Positions 40,776 through 51,131 are shown, numbered from the whole stretch's first letter. The stretch: DNA of 63,074 nt, filler included, from Candidatus Nezhaarchaeota archaeon WYZ-LMO8 (GCA_004347965.1; 4 parts of 4 records of this genome joined end to end with filler, not necessarily neighbours in it), one strand, 5' to 3'. Notes: generated by a model not told the origin, from the sequence alone. Translations and numbers: made by a program.

Positions 40776-41727
40776 ATGCTAAGGAACCATAACCCCTCTC
40801 AATTAAAAACTCCTTCACTTCACTTAATGTTGGTAGACCAGTTTGAGCACCAAGCTTGGTACACTTAATTGCAGCTACAGCATTTCCAAAAATCGCGGCA
40901 CTCCTTAAGTCAAGACCCCTAAGCATTGCGTATATAAAGCCAGCCTCGAATGCATCGCCTGCACCAGTAGTATCAACAACATTAACCTTAAAAGTGCTCA
41001 CTTCGGTTAGACCTTCGTTGCTAGCAACTATGCAACCTTTTTTACCTAAGGTCATTACTGCAACTTTAACACCGCATTGGAACATCTTCTCTAGAACTTC
41101 TACGTTATTGAGACCTGGGAACATCCTTCTCGCATTGTCCTCAGATATAAAAGCTACATCACAAAACTTAAGAACATCTTGGATCCACGAACCCTTCATC
41201 TTTTGAAATACATGCTCGGCTAGAGCTCCAACATCAACGCTGGTCATGGCGTTGCTTTGCTTAGACTCTTTGAGCAAAATACTGGCAAGCCTTATATCTA
41301 GACAATCCGTATGAAAGACCTTACACTTACCTACGTATTCTCGAACCTTCTCAGGTAATTTAACATGAGCCTGGACACCGGGGTCAACTATAAACGTTCT
41401 CTCACCTCTACAGTCAACTATGCAAACTACCTTAGCTGATGAACCTTTGGGGTCAATAACGAGCATTGACGTATCGATACCGTGCTTTAAGAAACAATCA
41501 GATATCATCTTGCCGTAGTAGTCCATACCAATAACACCGATGACCCCACACCTCAAACCAAGCCTAGAACACGCTACTAAGAAATTTCCTATGATACCAC
41601 CGCAGCTAATCATGGTGGTTGTTGAAAGATTCGTCGAGCCCCTCCTTGGGTACCTGTTAACTTTAAATATGAGGTCCACACAGATGGATCCAAAACCTAT
41701 AACATCAAGGAGTCTCGTGATAACCAC
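40762..41727 (-). CDS. PfkB/ribokinase family kinase
   Basis: GGIIGN, TLGKKG, VDTTGAGDAF. Confidence 0.93.
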   Translation of the reverse strand: MVITRLLDVIGFGSICVDLIFKVNRYPRRGSTNLSTTTMISCGGIIGNFLVACSRLGLRCGVIGVIGMDYYGKMISDCFLKHGIDTSMLVIDPKGSSAKVVCIVDCRGERTFIVDPGVQAHVKLPEKVREYVGKCKVFHTDCLDIRLASILLKESKQSNAMTSVDVGALAEHVFQKMKGSWIQDVLKFCDVAFISEDNARRMFPGLNNVEVLEKMFQCGVKVAVMTLGKKGCIVASNEGLTEVSTFKVNVVDTTGAGDAFEAGFIYAMLRGLDLRSAAIFGNAVAAIKCTKLGAQTGLPTLSEVKEFLIERGYGSLASSVE

Positions 41728-41843
41728 CTATGTTAGCCACAGAACTCTTTCCTTAACAGTTTAAACAACTTTCCTAGAAAGGTTATCCCACGAGATCACC
41801 TCATTAAGATTGAGTATGAGGGATTATGTTAAGATGCGTAAAA

Positions 41844-41899
41844 GGCTTATGCGGGTAAGTTGTCATCATTCCTCGGTAAGGCCGGAAGTAATCATTGCC
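41844..41899 (-). ncRNA. Box C/D guide sRNA with degenerate D box
   Basis: GGC stem-ATGATTA-CTTCCGGCCTTA-CCGA-GGA-ATGATGA-CAACTTACCCGC-ATAA-GCC; two 12-nt guides. Confidence 0.65.
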
Positions 41900-41972
41900 A
41901 ATACGAATAGTTGATAGTAAGGAAATTAAATTTTCTCATTAATTTACATTTCGAGTCTCTTGACTTAAAGCC

Positions 41973-42494
41973 CTAGTACAATGTGAACTCTATTTTCTCG
42001 TAACCACCAACAAGATCACCTTTCCTAGCCCACACGTACAACGTTCTACCAGCTATTATTTGACTTTCAGTCGATATCTCTGCCCTTACTATCTTACTCC
42101 TAATAGGAAATTGCCAGAGAATCTCGAAATCGTACTCCGCTACTTCGCGCTCACTAGTGTTCTCGAACACATTAAGTCCTCTCTTCAACTTACCTTTGAA
42201 CGTTATGATCCAAGCCACGTAAGGAGAGTCCATGAAGCCCCTATGGCTAAGATAGGCAGTCACAACTTTAGGATAAACCCTCATTCCATTAACTCTAACC
42301 TCTTCTTGATCTAAGAAGTATTGCATGTTCGTACAGAGCCTTCTTAGCTCCTCTTTACACCTCCTTGCATTATTAAGGAGCTTGGCATAGTACCCATTAG
42401 GATCGTAGTAGTCGTAAATCAAGAACTGGTGAAATTCACCTGTCCTTGATATGCTGAAGTAGCATGAAGCCGATGTAGGAACTACTTTATCCAT
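41973..42494 (-). CDS. Hypothetical protein
   Basis: 173-aa ORF with plausible SD and composition; no family recognised. Confidence 0.7.
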   Translation of the reverse strand: MDKVVPTSASCYFSISRTGEFHQFLIYDYYDPNGYYAKLLNNARRCKEELRRLCTNMQYFLDQEEVRVNGMRVYPKVVTAYLSHRGFMDSPYVAWIITFKGKLKRGLNVFENTSEREVAEYDFEILWQFPIRSKIVRAEISTESQIIAGRTLYVWARKGDLVGGYEKIEFTLY

Positions 42495-42567
42495 TCTTTA
42501 CACCACGCACAATCTCTATTTCAAATTAAAGAGACTTACGGCGTTATAAGTTCGAACAACTTAAAGA

Positions 42568-42643
42568 TGGTAGCCCGGGGGAGATTCGAACTCCCGTCGA
42601 CGGGGCCAGAGCCCGCCATGCTTGGCCGCTACACCACCGGGCT
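42568..42643 (-). tRNA. tRNA-Gln(CTG)
   Basis: A1:T72 acceptor AGCCCGG/CCGGGCT, anticodon loop CTCTGGC, GTTCGAATC, encoded CCA. Confidence 0.95.
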
Positions 42644-42768
42644 CTGAATATAAGCACATCCGAGATGAAACTTAAACTTAATCATCATAAAAACGTTGTA
42701 TTAAAATATGACCCCTCTCAATTCATCATTTAGACCCCTCTTAAAATCATGTTAAAGGAAAAGCTTAA

Positions 42769-43395
42769 TTGAAAAAAGTAGACTATTATATTTTGAATTA
42801 TTGTTCTAAGTTTAAGGGATCCCCCTTGCTTAAGGAATTAAGCGTAGATGACATTGTCTTACTGAAAACTATGAGTGAATGGAATAGAATTGCTACACGA
42901 GAACTTATGTCTGCTGTCAACTTTAAGAGAACTAAGTTCTATAATTGCATAAATAGGTTGATGAAACTTGGCCTTGTAGTTAGAGTATTAACAGGGGAAT
43001 ATCGGTTGACAGATCAAGGTAGGCTGTTAGCAGAGAAGCTTGTAGATCCTCGTGATGCCGCTAGAATACTTGATGGAAGTGGTGAACCTTTGAAGCTTAA
43101 GAAGAGCAACTCTGAGGTGGAAGTAAGGAACCTCAACGATCTTAAGAATTTTGTAAGCGAAGTTGAGAGTGAAGACCTCTACTGGCACGTTAGAACTAGT
43201 AACTTTTCTCGGTGGCTGTACATGATAGGCGATAGGTACCTTTCACGTGAGCTCAGTAAGTTCGGGGCTACAATCACTAAAAATAACGTTAAAGATAAGA
43301 TGAAAAAACTCGTAGAGGAAAGAGTGAACTTCCTTAAGGAGTTATTAAACCTGGCAGCAACTCCTCGAAGAGGTAGAGCTGCAAGACAAAGATAA
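42769..43395 (+). CDS. wHTH transcription regulator fused to DUF5752-like domain
   Basis: N-terminal HTH (INRLMKLGLV..YRLTDQG); C-terminal VRNLNDL...LYWH...NFSRWL..IGD..L. Confidence 0.7.
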   Translation: MKKVDYYILNYCSKFKGSPLLKELSVDDIVLLKTMSEWNRIATRELMSAVNFKRTKFYNCINRLMKLGLVVRVLTGEYRLTDQGRLLAEKLVDPRDAARILDGSGEPLKLKKSNSEVEVRNLNDLKNFVSEVESEDLYWHVRTSNFSRWLYMIGDRYLSRELSKFGATITKNNVKDKMKKLVEERVNFLKELLNLAATPRRGRAARQR

Positions 43396-43579
43396 CTCAC
43401 TTATCAACATTACATATGATTATTGAACTTCAGTCTCAAGACGTTACGACCATTACGTTAAAAACTCGGCTTCTACGTTTAGTACGTTCTTAACCTGCGG
43501 CTTCATTGTAGTGATCGAAAACAACTTTAGAGAGCACTTATTCCAGATTAAGGCATGCACTGAAAGTGGAGGTTTTTGG

Positions 43580-44980
43580 ATGGAGGACTATTATAAGGAT
43601 CTCTCTGAAAAGTTTCTTGATATGCTTCTCAGTTTAGGTGTTAATTTTGCAGATCTTAGAGTTGTAGAGCTTAAGGGCCTTAGGATAGAGGTAGCTGATG
43701 GAAGGCTAAAGGAGCTTAGGTTCATAAATGAGAAAGGCCTAGCCGTAAGATGCCTTATGGCGGGTCAGTGGGGCTTTACATCCACCTCTATCCTCACGCC
43801 AATGGAAGTTGAGAAAGCATGTAAGCAAGCATATGAGCTAGCTAAAAGCGCAAGCAGGAGAGGTAAAGAAAGCTTTCAACCTTCATGCAAGCCAGCTAAG
43901 CTCTCAAGTAGAGTAATTCCAATTATTGACCCCTCATTAATTGATGTAGAAGAGAAGTTTAAAATATGTAATGAAATGGAGAGGGTCATGAGGGGCATTA
44001 GTAATAGCATCAAGAGCACGAATTCAACCTACTTTGAACTTGAAGAAAACATTTACTTAGTCAATAGTCTCGGTCTTCAGGCAGAGTGTTCCATCCCATC
44101 GCTCATTGTATCAGCCACCGCATATGCAAGTGAGGCAGGAGTTATTCAACGAGGGCATGATAGTCACGGTGGTACTGGAGGGTTTGAATTATTGAAAGTA
44201 CGCAATCCAGAGGACGTGGCTCAGAAAGCTTCTCGAGATGCAGTTGAGCTTCTAAGTGCTAAAGGTCCGCCAGCTGGAAAACACACATGCGTTCTTGATT
44301 CGGAACTTGCCGGCGTATTCATTCATGAAGCATTTGGGCATGCTTGCGAAGCAGACATAGTCCTGCATGGAGGCTCAATACTTGAAGAAATGTTGGGGAA
44401 GAAAGTTGGCTCAGAGAAAGTCACCGTTAAGGACGATCCAACCATTAAGGGTCTTTACGGCTATTTACCAATAGACTGTGAAGGTATTAGCGGAAGCGGA
44501 ACCATTATAGTTGATAAAGGTCTCTTAAGGTCCTACTTACACAATCTTGAGACCTCAGCTCTGATGGGTACGACCTCCACTGGGAACGCGAGAGCTCAAG
44601 GTTATAGTTCAACTCCAATAGTCAGAATGACTAATACCTTCATAGAGAAAGGAGATTGGAAAGTTGATGAGTTGCTCCAAGACCTTAAGAAAGGAGTCTA
44701 TGCTCAAGGCAGCCAATACGGTTATGTGGACACGGCAGAAGGCGAGTTTGTCTTCAAGTGCGTTAAGTTGTATGTTGTAGAGAACGGTGAGCAAAAGCAG
44801 TTATGTAGAGACGCAGCCCTCTCAGGGTATACACTGAATGTGCTAATGAACGTGGAAGCAGTTGCGAATGACCTCTCATTTAAGCCAGGTATATGTGGCA
44901 AGGATGGCCAGCTCGTTAGGGTAACGACTGGAGCTCCACACGTAAGGGTAAGGGACGTGATAATAGGGGGGTTAGCATAA
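43580..44980 (+). CDS. tldD: TldD metalloprotease
   Basis: HEAFGHACEAD, GNAR, VRMTNT, CGKDGQ. Confidence 0.95.
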   Translation: MEDYYKDLSEKFLDMLLSLGVNFADLRVVELKGLRIEVADGRLKELRFINEKGLAVRCLMAGQWGFTSTSILTPMEVEKACKQAYELAKSASRRGKESFQPSCKPAKLSSRVIPIIDPSLIDVEEKFKICNEMERVMRGISNSIKSTNSTYFELEENIYLVNSLGLQAECSIPSLIVSATAYASEAGVIQRGHDSHGGTGGFELLKVRNPEDVAQKASRDAVELLSAKGPPAGKHTCVLDSELAGVFIHEAFGHACEADIVLHGGSILEEMLGKKVGSEKVTVKDDPTIKGLYGYLPIDCEGISGSGTIIVDKGLLRSYLHNLETSALMGTTSTGNARAQGYSSTPIVRMTNTFIEKGDWKVDELLQDLKKGVYAQGSQYGYVDTAEGEFVFKCVKLYVVENGEQKQLCRDAALSGYTLNVLMNVEAVANDLSFKPGICGKDGQLVRVTTGAPHVRVRDVIIGGLA

Positions 44981-46324
44981 GTGGGGCTTCTTGATCACTG
45001 CAAGAAGGCTATTGATGAAGCTCTAAGACTGGGGGCCGAAGCAGTTGACGTGTACGGAGTGGATGTTGAAGCGATAAGAGTTGAAGTCAGAAAAAACAAT
45101 ATAGAGGTCTCTAAGGCAACCCATGACGTCGGTTTAGGATTGAGAGCCATAGTTAGAGGATCAATGGGTTACTCTTACGCTTCAGGTCTAGGCGTCAATA
45201 TGAGCGACGTGGTGCGCAAAGCTGTTAAGGCAGCTAAGGTAGGTTATCCAGATCCAGACTTTAAAGACCTTCCAAAACCATCCAGTTATCCATCTCCTCA
45301 GGGGACTTACGACGACGAAATAGCTTCACTCACACCCGAAGAGCTAACTGATCTCGCTACATCGTTGATTAAGAAGGTTAAAATGAACAACATCTACTCA
45401 GTAAACATTGTTATTGAAAGTTCGAAGTTCAAGTGTTTTATAGTAAACTCAAATGGAGTGGAGGGAGCCGATGAAGGGACTTACCTAAGCTTCTTGGTTT
45501 ACATCACAGCGCGCGATGGCGTAAACATGTCGTCTAGCTATGATGGAGACGTAGTCAGGACTATGAAGGATATAGACATGGAGTCCATGATAACAAGAAC
45601 GGCACAGGAGGCTGTAAGAGGTCTTAAAGCTAGACCATATAGAACAACTAAAGTTCCAGTTATACTTTCTGGAAAGGTCCTCTTAGCAGTAATAGTTGAA
45701 GGAATAGCATCAGCTTTAAACGCGGATTTAGTTCAAAGAGGCAGAAGCTACATGGCTACACGGCTAAATGAGAAGATAAGTGTTGAAGCCCTCACGATCA
45801 TAGACGACGGTCTCGTAAATGGAGGCCCCTTAACTAGAAGATTTGATGTCGAAGGTACCCCTAGACAGAGAACAGTACTGATAGAAGGTGGATTCGTGAG
45901 GTCCCTCTTGCATAACTCTTACACTTCCGGCAAAGCGAGGACGAAGAGCACTGGGAACGCTTCAAGAAGTGGAGGTCCTTTGGACTTTAGAGGTCAAGTC
46001 ACGATAGCCCCCTCAAATGTAGTAGTCGAACCAGGTGATTGGAGCTTGGAAGAGATGCTCGAAGAGGTTAAATATGGATTGTTGATATTGGACACTCACG
46101 ATGCTCCCAACATAGCTACTGGAGAGCTATCAGCCATGATAACTCACGGCTATATAGTAGAGGGTGGTGAAGTGAAAGATCCAGTCAAGCAAACTCTATT
46201 TGCCTTCAATATCATCGATTTCGCTAAGAAGATAAAGGCTATAGGGAGGGAGAGAAGTAAGCACTTTAACTTATACTCACCTCCCATACTTGCATTAGAA
46301 GTGCAAGTGTCAAGTAAGGCTTGA
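44981..46324 (+). CDS. pmbA: TldE/PmbA partner protein
   Basis: FDVEGTP, STGNASR; lacks HExxxH; directly follows tldD. Confidence 0.92.
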   Translation: MGLLDHCKKAIDEALRLGAEAVDVYGVDVEAIRVEVRKNNIEVSKATHDVGLGLRAIVRGSMGYSYASGLGVNMSDVVRKAVKAAKVGYPDPDFKDLPKPSSYPSPQGTYDDEIASLTPEELTDLATSLIKKVKMNNIYSVNIVIESSKFKCFIVNSNGVEGADEGTYLSFLVYITARDGVNMSSSYDGDVVRTMKDIDMESMITRTAQEAVRGLKARPYRTTKVPVILSGKVLLAVIVEGIASALNADLVQRGRSYMATRLNEKISVEALTIIDDGLVNGGPLTRRFDVEGTPRQRTVLIEGGFVRSLLHNSYTSGKARTKSTGNASRSGGPLDFRGQVTIAPSNVVVEPGDWSLEEMLEEVKYGLLILDTHDAPNIATGELSAMITHGYIVEGGEVKDPVKQTLFAFNIIDFAKKIKAIGRERSKHFNLYSPPILALEVQVSSKA

Positions 46325-46340
46325 ACGCTTAAAGCTCCCA

Positions 46341-49217
46341 TTGGTGAGTAAGATCATGGAGATCGATTGGAGAAGCATAGAGGAGAAGTGGAAGGAGAAG
46401 TGGCTGAGAGAGAAGGTTTTTGAAGTAGATCCTCAACGAGGTAAACCAAAGGTCTTCATCACATTTCCATTTCCCTACGTGAACGGTAGGCTCCACGTTG
46501 GACATGGCTTCTCAGCAGTAAGACTAGACGTTTACGCAAGGTTTAAGAGAATGCAGGGCTATAACGTCCTTTTTCCATTTGCATGGCATTGGACTGGAGA
46601 ACCAATAGTTGGTGCAGCCGAGAGGATAATGAAAGGAGATGAAAAGCTCATTAGGAGCCTTAAGACCATAGACAAGATCCCTGAGGAAGAGATTAAGAGA
46701 TTTACGGATCCAGTATACATGGCCTCGTACTACATGAATGAGAACAGGAAGACCGTTATAGACATAGGCTTATCGGTGGACTGGAGAAGAGAGTTTCACA
46801 CATCAAGCTATCATTCAGCCTTCTCTAGGTTCGTAACCTGGCAGTTCAATAGGCTTAAGAAGATGGGCTATATAGTAAGGGGAACTCATCCAGTAGTTTG
46901 GTGTCCACACTGTCAAAGCCCAACTGGAGATCACGATAGGCTTGAGGGTGAAGGGGTTTCGCCAGAGGTATACGTCTTAGTGAAGTTCAGGTGTGGAGAC
47001 ACTTACCTACCTGCAGCTACGTTTAGACCAGAGACCATATTTGGAGCAACAAACTTGTGGATCAATCCTGAAGCGATGTACGTTGAAGCAGTGGTTAACG
47101 GCGAGAAGTGGATAATAAGTGAACTTGCTGCGTTAAAACTTAAAGAGCAGCTTAAGAAGGTTGAAGTTCTAAGAAAATTTGAAGGAAGAGAGCTGCTTGG
47201 ACTCTACTGTAGGGCTCCCATAACCGATCGAGAGCTTCCAATACTACCAGCAAACTTCGTGGACCCTGATAATGGTACTGGCATAGTCTTCAGCGTGCCG
47301 GCTCATGCACCATATGATTGGTTAGCCCTACGAGACTTAATGATAGACCCTCAACCCCTCAAGAAATACGGTTTAGATCCTAAGGTGATTGAGGGACTTA
47401 AACCCATTTCCATAATAAAGGTAGAGGGCTTCGGGGATTACCCAGCGCTTGAGCTTGTGAATAAACTGAACATCAAGAATCAACTGGATGCTAAAGCAGA
47501 TGAGGCCACCAAGATCATCTACAAGAAGGAGTACCACATGGGCGTGATGAAGGAGAATTGCTTAAACTACTCCAATCTTAAGGTTTCAGAGGCTAAGGAG
47601 AAAGTATTTGAGGACATGAAGAGTGTAGGACTAGCAGATCAAATGTATGAGTTGCCTGAAAAGGTTGTTTGCAGGTGTACAACCAGGTGCATAGTTAAGA
47701 TCTTAACCGATCAGTGGTTCCTCAAGTACTCAGACCCCAAGTGGAAGTCTAAGACAAGAAAGTTAGTGAGTAAAATCAAGATCCACCCTGAAGAGGCTAG
47801 GAACTACTTCTTTGAGGTCATAGATTGGCTTAGGGATTGGGCATGCGCTAGAAGAACGGGATTAGGAACCCCCCTCCCTTGGGATCCATCTTGGATCGTT
47901 GAAACTCTCAGCGACTCAACGATATACATGGCATTCTACATAATAGCAAAGTACGTCAACAAAGGCCAATTAAGGCCTGAGAACTTAACGGAAGAATTCT
48001 TTGACTACGTCTTTCTCGGTGAAGGAACCCTTGAACATGCTTCGAATGTTAGTGACCTTAAACCAGAGCTTTTAGAAGAGATTAGAAGAGAGTTCCTGTA
48101 TTGGTATCCTGTAGACCTAAGAGGTTCTGGTAAGGACCTAGTTCCAAATCACTTAACGTTCTTCCTCTTCCATCATACAGCAATATTTCCAGAGGAGCTA
48201 TGGCCCCAAGGCATTACGGTCAACGGGATAGTGATGGTTGAAGGAGAGAAGATGTCCAAGTCTAAAGGGAACTTTGTTACCTTAAACGATGCGATAGCAA
48301 GCTATGGAGCAGATGCCGTCAGATGTACCCTCATGATAGCTGCTGAGGGCATGGATGATCCAAACTGGAGATTTGATGCTTGCAGAGACATGAGAGATAA
48401 GCTGAATCAGGTTTTCAAGTTAATTAATGATATAATGGCACTTCCAGGCTCAAGCGCTAAAGGGTCTCTTGAGAGGTGGTTAGTAAGTAGGTTGCAGAGA
48501 AGGATTAGAGCTATTACGGAAGCCCTTGAGTCGATGAAGAACAGAACTGCCTTGGAAATAGCTCTCTTTGAACTTTGGAACGATATCAGGTGGTATCTTA
48601 GAAGAACTCAGAAGCCTTGTAAGGAAGTTCTTTTAGAGGTAGCCAAGACTTGGGTAAGGTTATTAGCTCCATTCGCTCCATTCATGTGCGAAGAGCTATG
48701 GAGCATGTTGGGCGGTGAGGGCTTTGTCTGTAAAGCTCCTTGGCCTCTACCTGATGTCTCTAAGATAGACTACACTGCAGAAGCCTCTGAGTTACTAATA
48801 GAGCAGGTAATGGAGGACTTGAGGGAGGTTATGAGGGCAACTGGTAAAACTCCATCAACAGCGCATATTTATGTGGCCTCTAAGTGGAAGTGGGAAGTGT
48901 ACCTGAAAGCACTTGAAGCTTCATCTCCTAAAGAGGTGATTAAGGTGGCTCACCAAGTAGCGAGAGACCTTCAAGTAAAAGATTCCAGGGTAATACAGAG
49001 GATTGCTAAGGAAGCCTCATCCGTAGGTGGAGAGCAAAGAGAGATTAAGCTAAAAGCTGGCATAGTGGATGAGTACGAAGTTCTTACATCAGCCAAAGAG
49101 TTCCTAGAACGAGAACTTAAATTTGAAGTCAAAGTATGGAAGGAGGAGGCGGCCTATGACCCTAAAGATCGTCGTTTCAATGCAATACCGTACAGGCCAG
49201 CACTATACTTAGAGTAA
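46341..49217 (+). CDS. leuS: Leucine--tRNA ligase (archaeal type)
   Basis: PYVNGRLHVGH, ATFRPET, VPAHAPYD, KMSKSKGN. Confidence 0.97.
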   Translation: MVSKIMEIDWRSIEEKWKEKWLREKVFEVDPQRGKPKVFITFPFPYVNGRLHVGHGFSAVRLDVYARFKRMQGYNVLFPFAWHWTGEPIVGAAERIMKGDEKLIRSLKTIDKIPEEEIKRFTDPVYMASYYMNENRKTVIDIGLSVDWRREFHTSSYHSAFSRFVTWQFNRLKKMGYIVRGTHPVVWCPHCQSPTGDHDRLEGEGVSPEVYVLVKFRCGDTYLPAATFRPETIFGATNLWINPEAMYVEAVVNGEKWIISELAALKLKEQLKKVEVLRKFEGRELLGLYCRAPITDRELPILPANFVDPDNGTGIVFSVPAHAPYDWLALRDLMIDPQPLKKYGLDPKVIEGLKPISIIKVEGFGDYPALELVNKLNIKNQLDAKADEATKIIYKKEYHMGVMKENCLNYSNLKVSEAKEKVFEDMKSVGLADQMYELPEKVVCRCTTRCIVKILTDQWFLKYSDPKWKSKTRKLVSKIKIHPEEARNYFFEVIDWLRDWACARRTGLGTPLPWDPSWIVETLSDSTIYMAFYIIAKYVNKGQLRPENLTEEFFDYVFLGEGTLEHASNVSDLKPELLEEIRREFLYWYPVDLRGSGKDLVPNHLTFFLFHHTAIFPEELWPQGITVNGIVMVEGEKMSKSKGNFVTLNDAIASYGADAVRCTLMIAAEGMDDPNWRFDACRDMRDKLNQVFKLINDIMALPGSSAKGSLERWLVSRLQRRIRAITEALESMKNRTALEIALFELWNDIRWYLRRTQKPCKEVLLEVAKTWVRLLAPFAPFMCEELWSMLGGEGFVCKAPWPLPDVSKIDYTAEASELLIEQVMEDLREVMRATGKTPSTAHIYVASKWKWEVYLKALEASSPKEVIKVAHQVARDLQVKDSRVIQRIAKEASSVGGEQREIKLKAGIVDEYEVLTSAKEFLERELKFEVKVWKEEAAYDPKDRRFNAIPYRPALYLE

Positions 49218-50279
49218 CCACTTACCAGAAGCTTTTCTCTCAGCTACCTTCTTTAGTGCAGCAATTCCCTCCCCAATATCCTTGACCTCCAAGTAACCTT
49301 CTCTTACAGCACTCTCGAACAACTCAGCTCCTCGATCAGTCCTTATTATGACAGTTGACCATCCACGTTGAGATCCTATGGCTCCAACAGATATATCTGC
49401 ATAAAGTGCTGTAAGATCTCTACACACATAGCAGAATTCGTTAACGCAATCCTTCAAATCCTTCACAGGGACGCATAGAACCTCAGCATTGTCTGCGTAG
49501 GCCTTAAACTTACCATCTTTAATATCGAACTTAGATACTCTTTGCATGTCAATACCGCGAGTTGTCAAGTACTCTAACAATCTTTTGTGGTTAAACGTCT
49601 CTACGCAGAAAAGCCCGATGATAAACTCTATCTTATCTCCAATTTTTCTTGCAGCTTTTGGCTGAACCTTAACATTTCGTGCTGCAGTAACTTGGCAAGG
49701 TACTCCAACTACACAGACTTTGTCAAGATTATAACAGAATAGAGCATCCCCCAATGCCACTAGGTTTGGACAATTGGAGTACTTTGCCCCAGCAGCATTC
49801 AAGACGTCCTCTACAGTTAGTGCTAGTTTAGGCATTGGTTTCCAAGGATCCTGATGACCCTTCGATGCAACTACAGCCCCGTCTATCATCTTATTCTTAA
49901 TTGCGTATATCAAAAGAGTTGTGACAACGCCACCATCTTGCCCTCTCGCCCTTATCTCATCAGATGTGGTTCTTGCACTAATTATCTTGACATATCTTCC
50001 TAGGACGTCATCTCTATTCCCACTAGTTAGAGAGGTTTCGAGTAGCTCACCTGAAAAAGCTTGACTTCTAGGGCAACCATAGTAGCATGCCTCACACTGT
50101 TTGCATGGACTAATAAGTTTGGGACCCTCTTCAGTCATCATAATTGAGTTTACTGGGCAAGATGAAACACAAAGACCACATTTGCAGCATATCTTTTTAG
50201 CTATAACTTCACCTATTAAGTTGCCGAATATCTTGGGTCTAGGAACCATACCGTGCGACTCTTCTTTTTTACTTACCAA
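49209..50279 (-). CDS. FrhB/FdhB family F420-binding subunit with N-terminal ferredoxin
   Basis: CxxCxxCxxxCP clusters, GQDGGVVT, AAGAKY, VGVPCQ, IGLFC, ADISVG. Confidence 0.9.
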   Translation of the reverse strand: MVSKKEESHGMVPRPKIFGNLIGEVIAKKICCKCGLCVSSCPVNSIMMTEEGPKLISPCKQCEACYYGCPRSQAFSGELLETSLTSGNRDDVLGRYVKIISARTTSDEIRARGQDGGVVTTLLIYAIKNKMIDGAVVASKGHQDPWKPMPKLALTVEDVLNAAGAKYSNCPNLVALGDALFCYNLDKVCVVGVPCQVTAARNVKVQPKAARKIGDKIEFIIGLFCVETFNHKRLLEYLTTRGIDMQRVSKFDIKDGKFKAYADNAEVLCVPVKDLKDCVNEFCYVCRDLTALYADISVGAIGSQRGWSTVIIRTDRGAELFESAVREGYLEVKDIGEGIAALKKVAERKASGKWLL

Positions 50280-50578
50280 GCTTAAATCACCTTTAAGCGT
50301 TTAATGGACTCACTATCCGCTATCATTATAGGTTATAGTTTCATAATTTTTATGCTTTAAATTCTTTACTGTTATTTTTATACCGAATGACGTCGCAATA
50401 GGCATATAGCCGACATTGCAAGCAAAACTTAATGATGATTGCTAAAAGTATAGACGATCTTCATTAAAAACTTCAAGATTCGTAAAGTCATGAAATATGG
50501 ACTGAATGCTCAAATCAGTAATTGACATTGTAATGAAGAATAAAATTGCTTTGACAACAAAGCTATAATAAAATGAGC

Positions 50579-50885
50579 TTGAACGCCCCTCTTGTAGGGG
50601 CTGTTTTCTTTTTTTTATTTCACTTGGATTGTTTATATGCTTTGTAACTATTCACGGTCTTCTCGTCCTGAAGATATCTGAATGCTATTAGGTACGCTGA
50701 TGCTGTGTGCCTATCTAAACCATGCTTCTTCATTACAGCGCCGTGTATGGGTGAGTTCGTGTTTCCTCGTGGATCGACTAGTGCGGGTTTTAACCCGTAT
50801 CTCAGGCTCATGACTACTGCGTGAGTTAGTAGTTGTTTCTTTGCGAATCTGGCTATCTTCCTGTTGGCTGTGGGTGAACTGGTGA
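50579..50885 (-). mobile_element. IS200/IS605-family element right end with TnpB-like C-terminus
   Basis: Hairpin GCCCCT-ACAAG-AGGGGC then TTCAA downstream of the tnpB-like stop; element truncated by contig break. Confidence 0.75.
50620..50885 (-). CDS. tnpB: TnpB-related protein, C-terminal fragment
   Basis: ...ANRKIARFAKKQLL...VDPRGNTNS...KKHGLDRHTASAYLIA; open to the contig end. Confidence 0.75.
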
Positions 50886-50985
50886 NNNNNNNNNNNNNNN
50901 NNNNNNNNNNNNNNNNNNNNNNNNNNNNNTTAATTAATTAANNNNNNNNNNNNNNNNNNNNNNNNNNNNNNNNNNNNNNNNNNNN
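50886..50985. other. Artificial contig spacer
   Basis: N-run, TTAATTAATTAA, N-run. Confidence 0.98.
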
Positions 50986-51131
50986 AATGTTGCCAGGCCC
51001 TTGTCAAAACTAATAAATAGAGGGATGTGATAATTCCTTAAGTCTATGCGACTACTTCAACACATAGAAGTTAAAGAGTTAGTCAAAGCCCCCTATATAA
51101 TGCTTCACTTACGTCTGGAGAGGAGATACAG

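Noticed and set aside
50386..50460. ATGACGT/CCGA/ATGATGA/ACGA box-like pattern
   Set aside because: Spacing too long and irregular in AT-rich DNA; likely chance.
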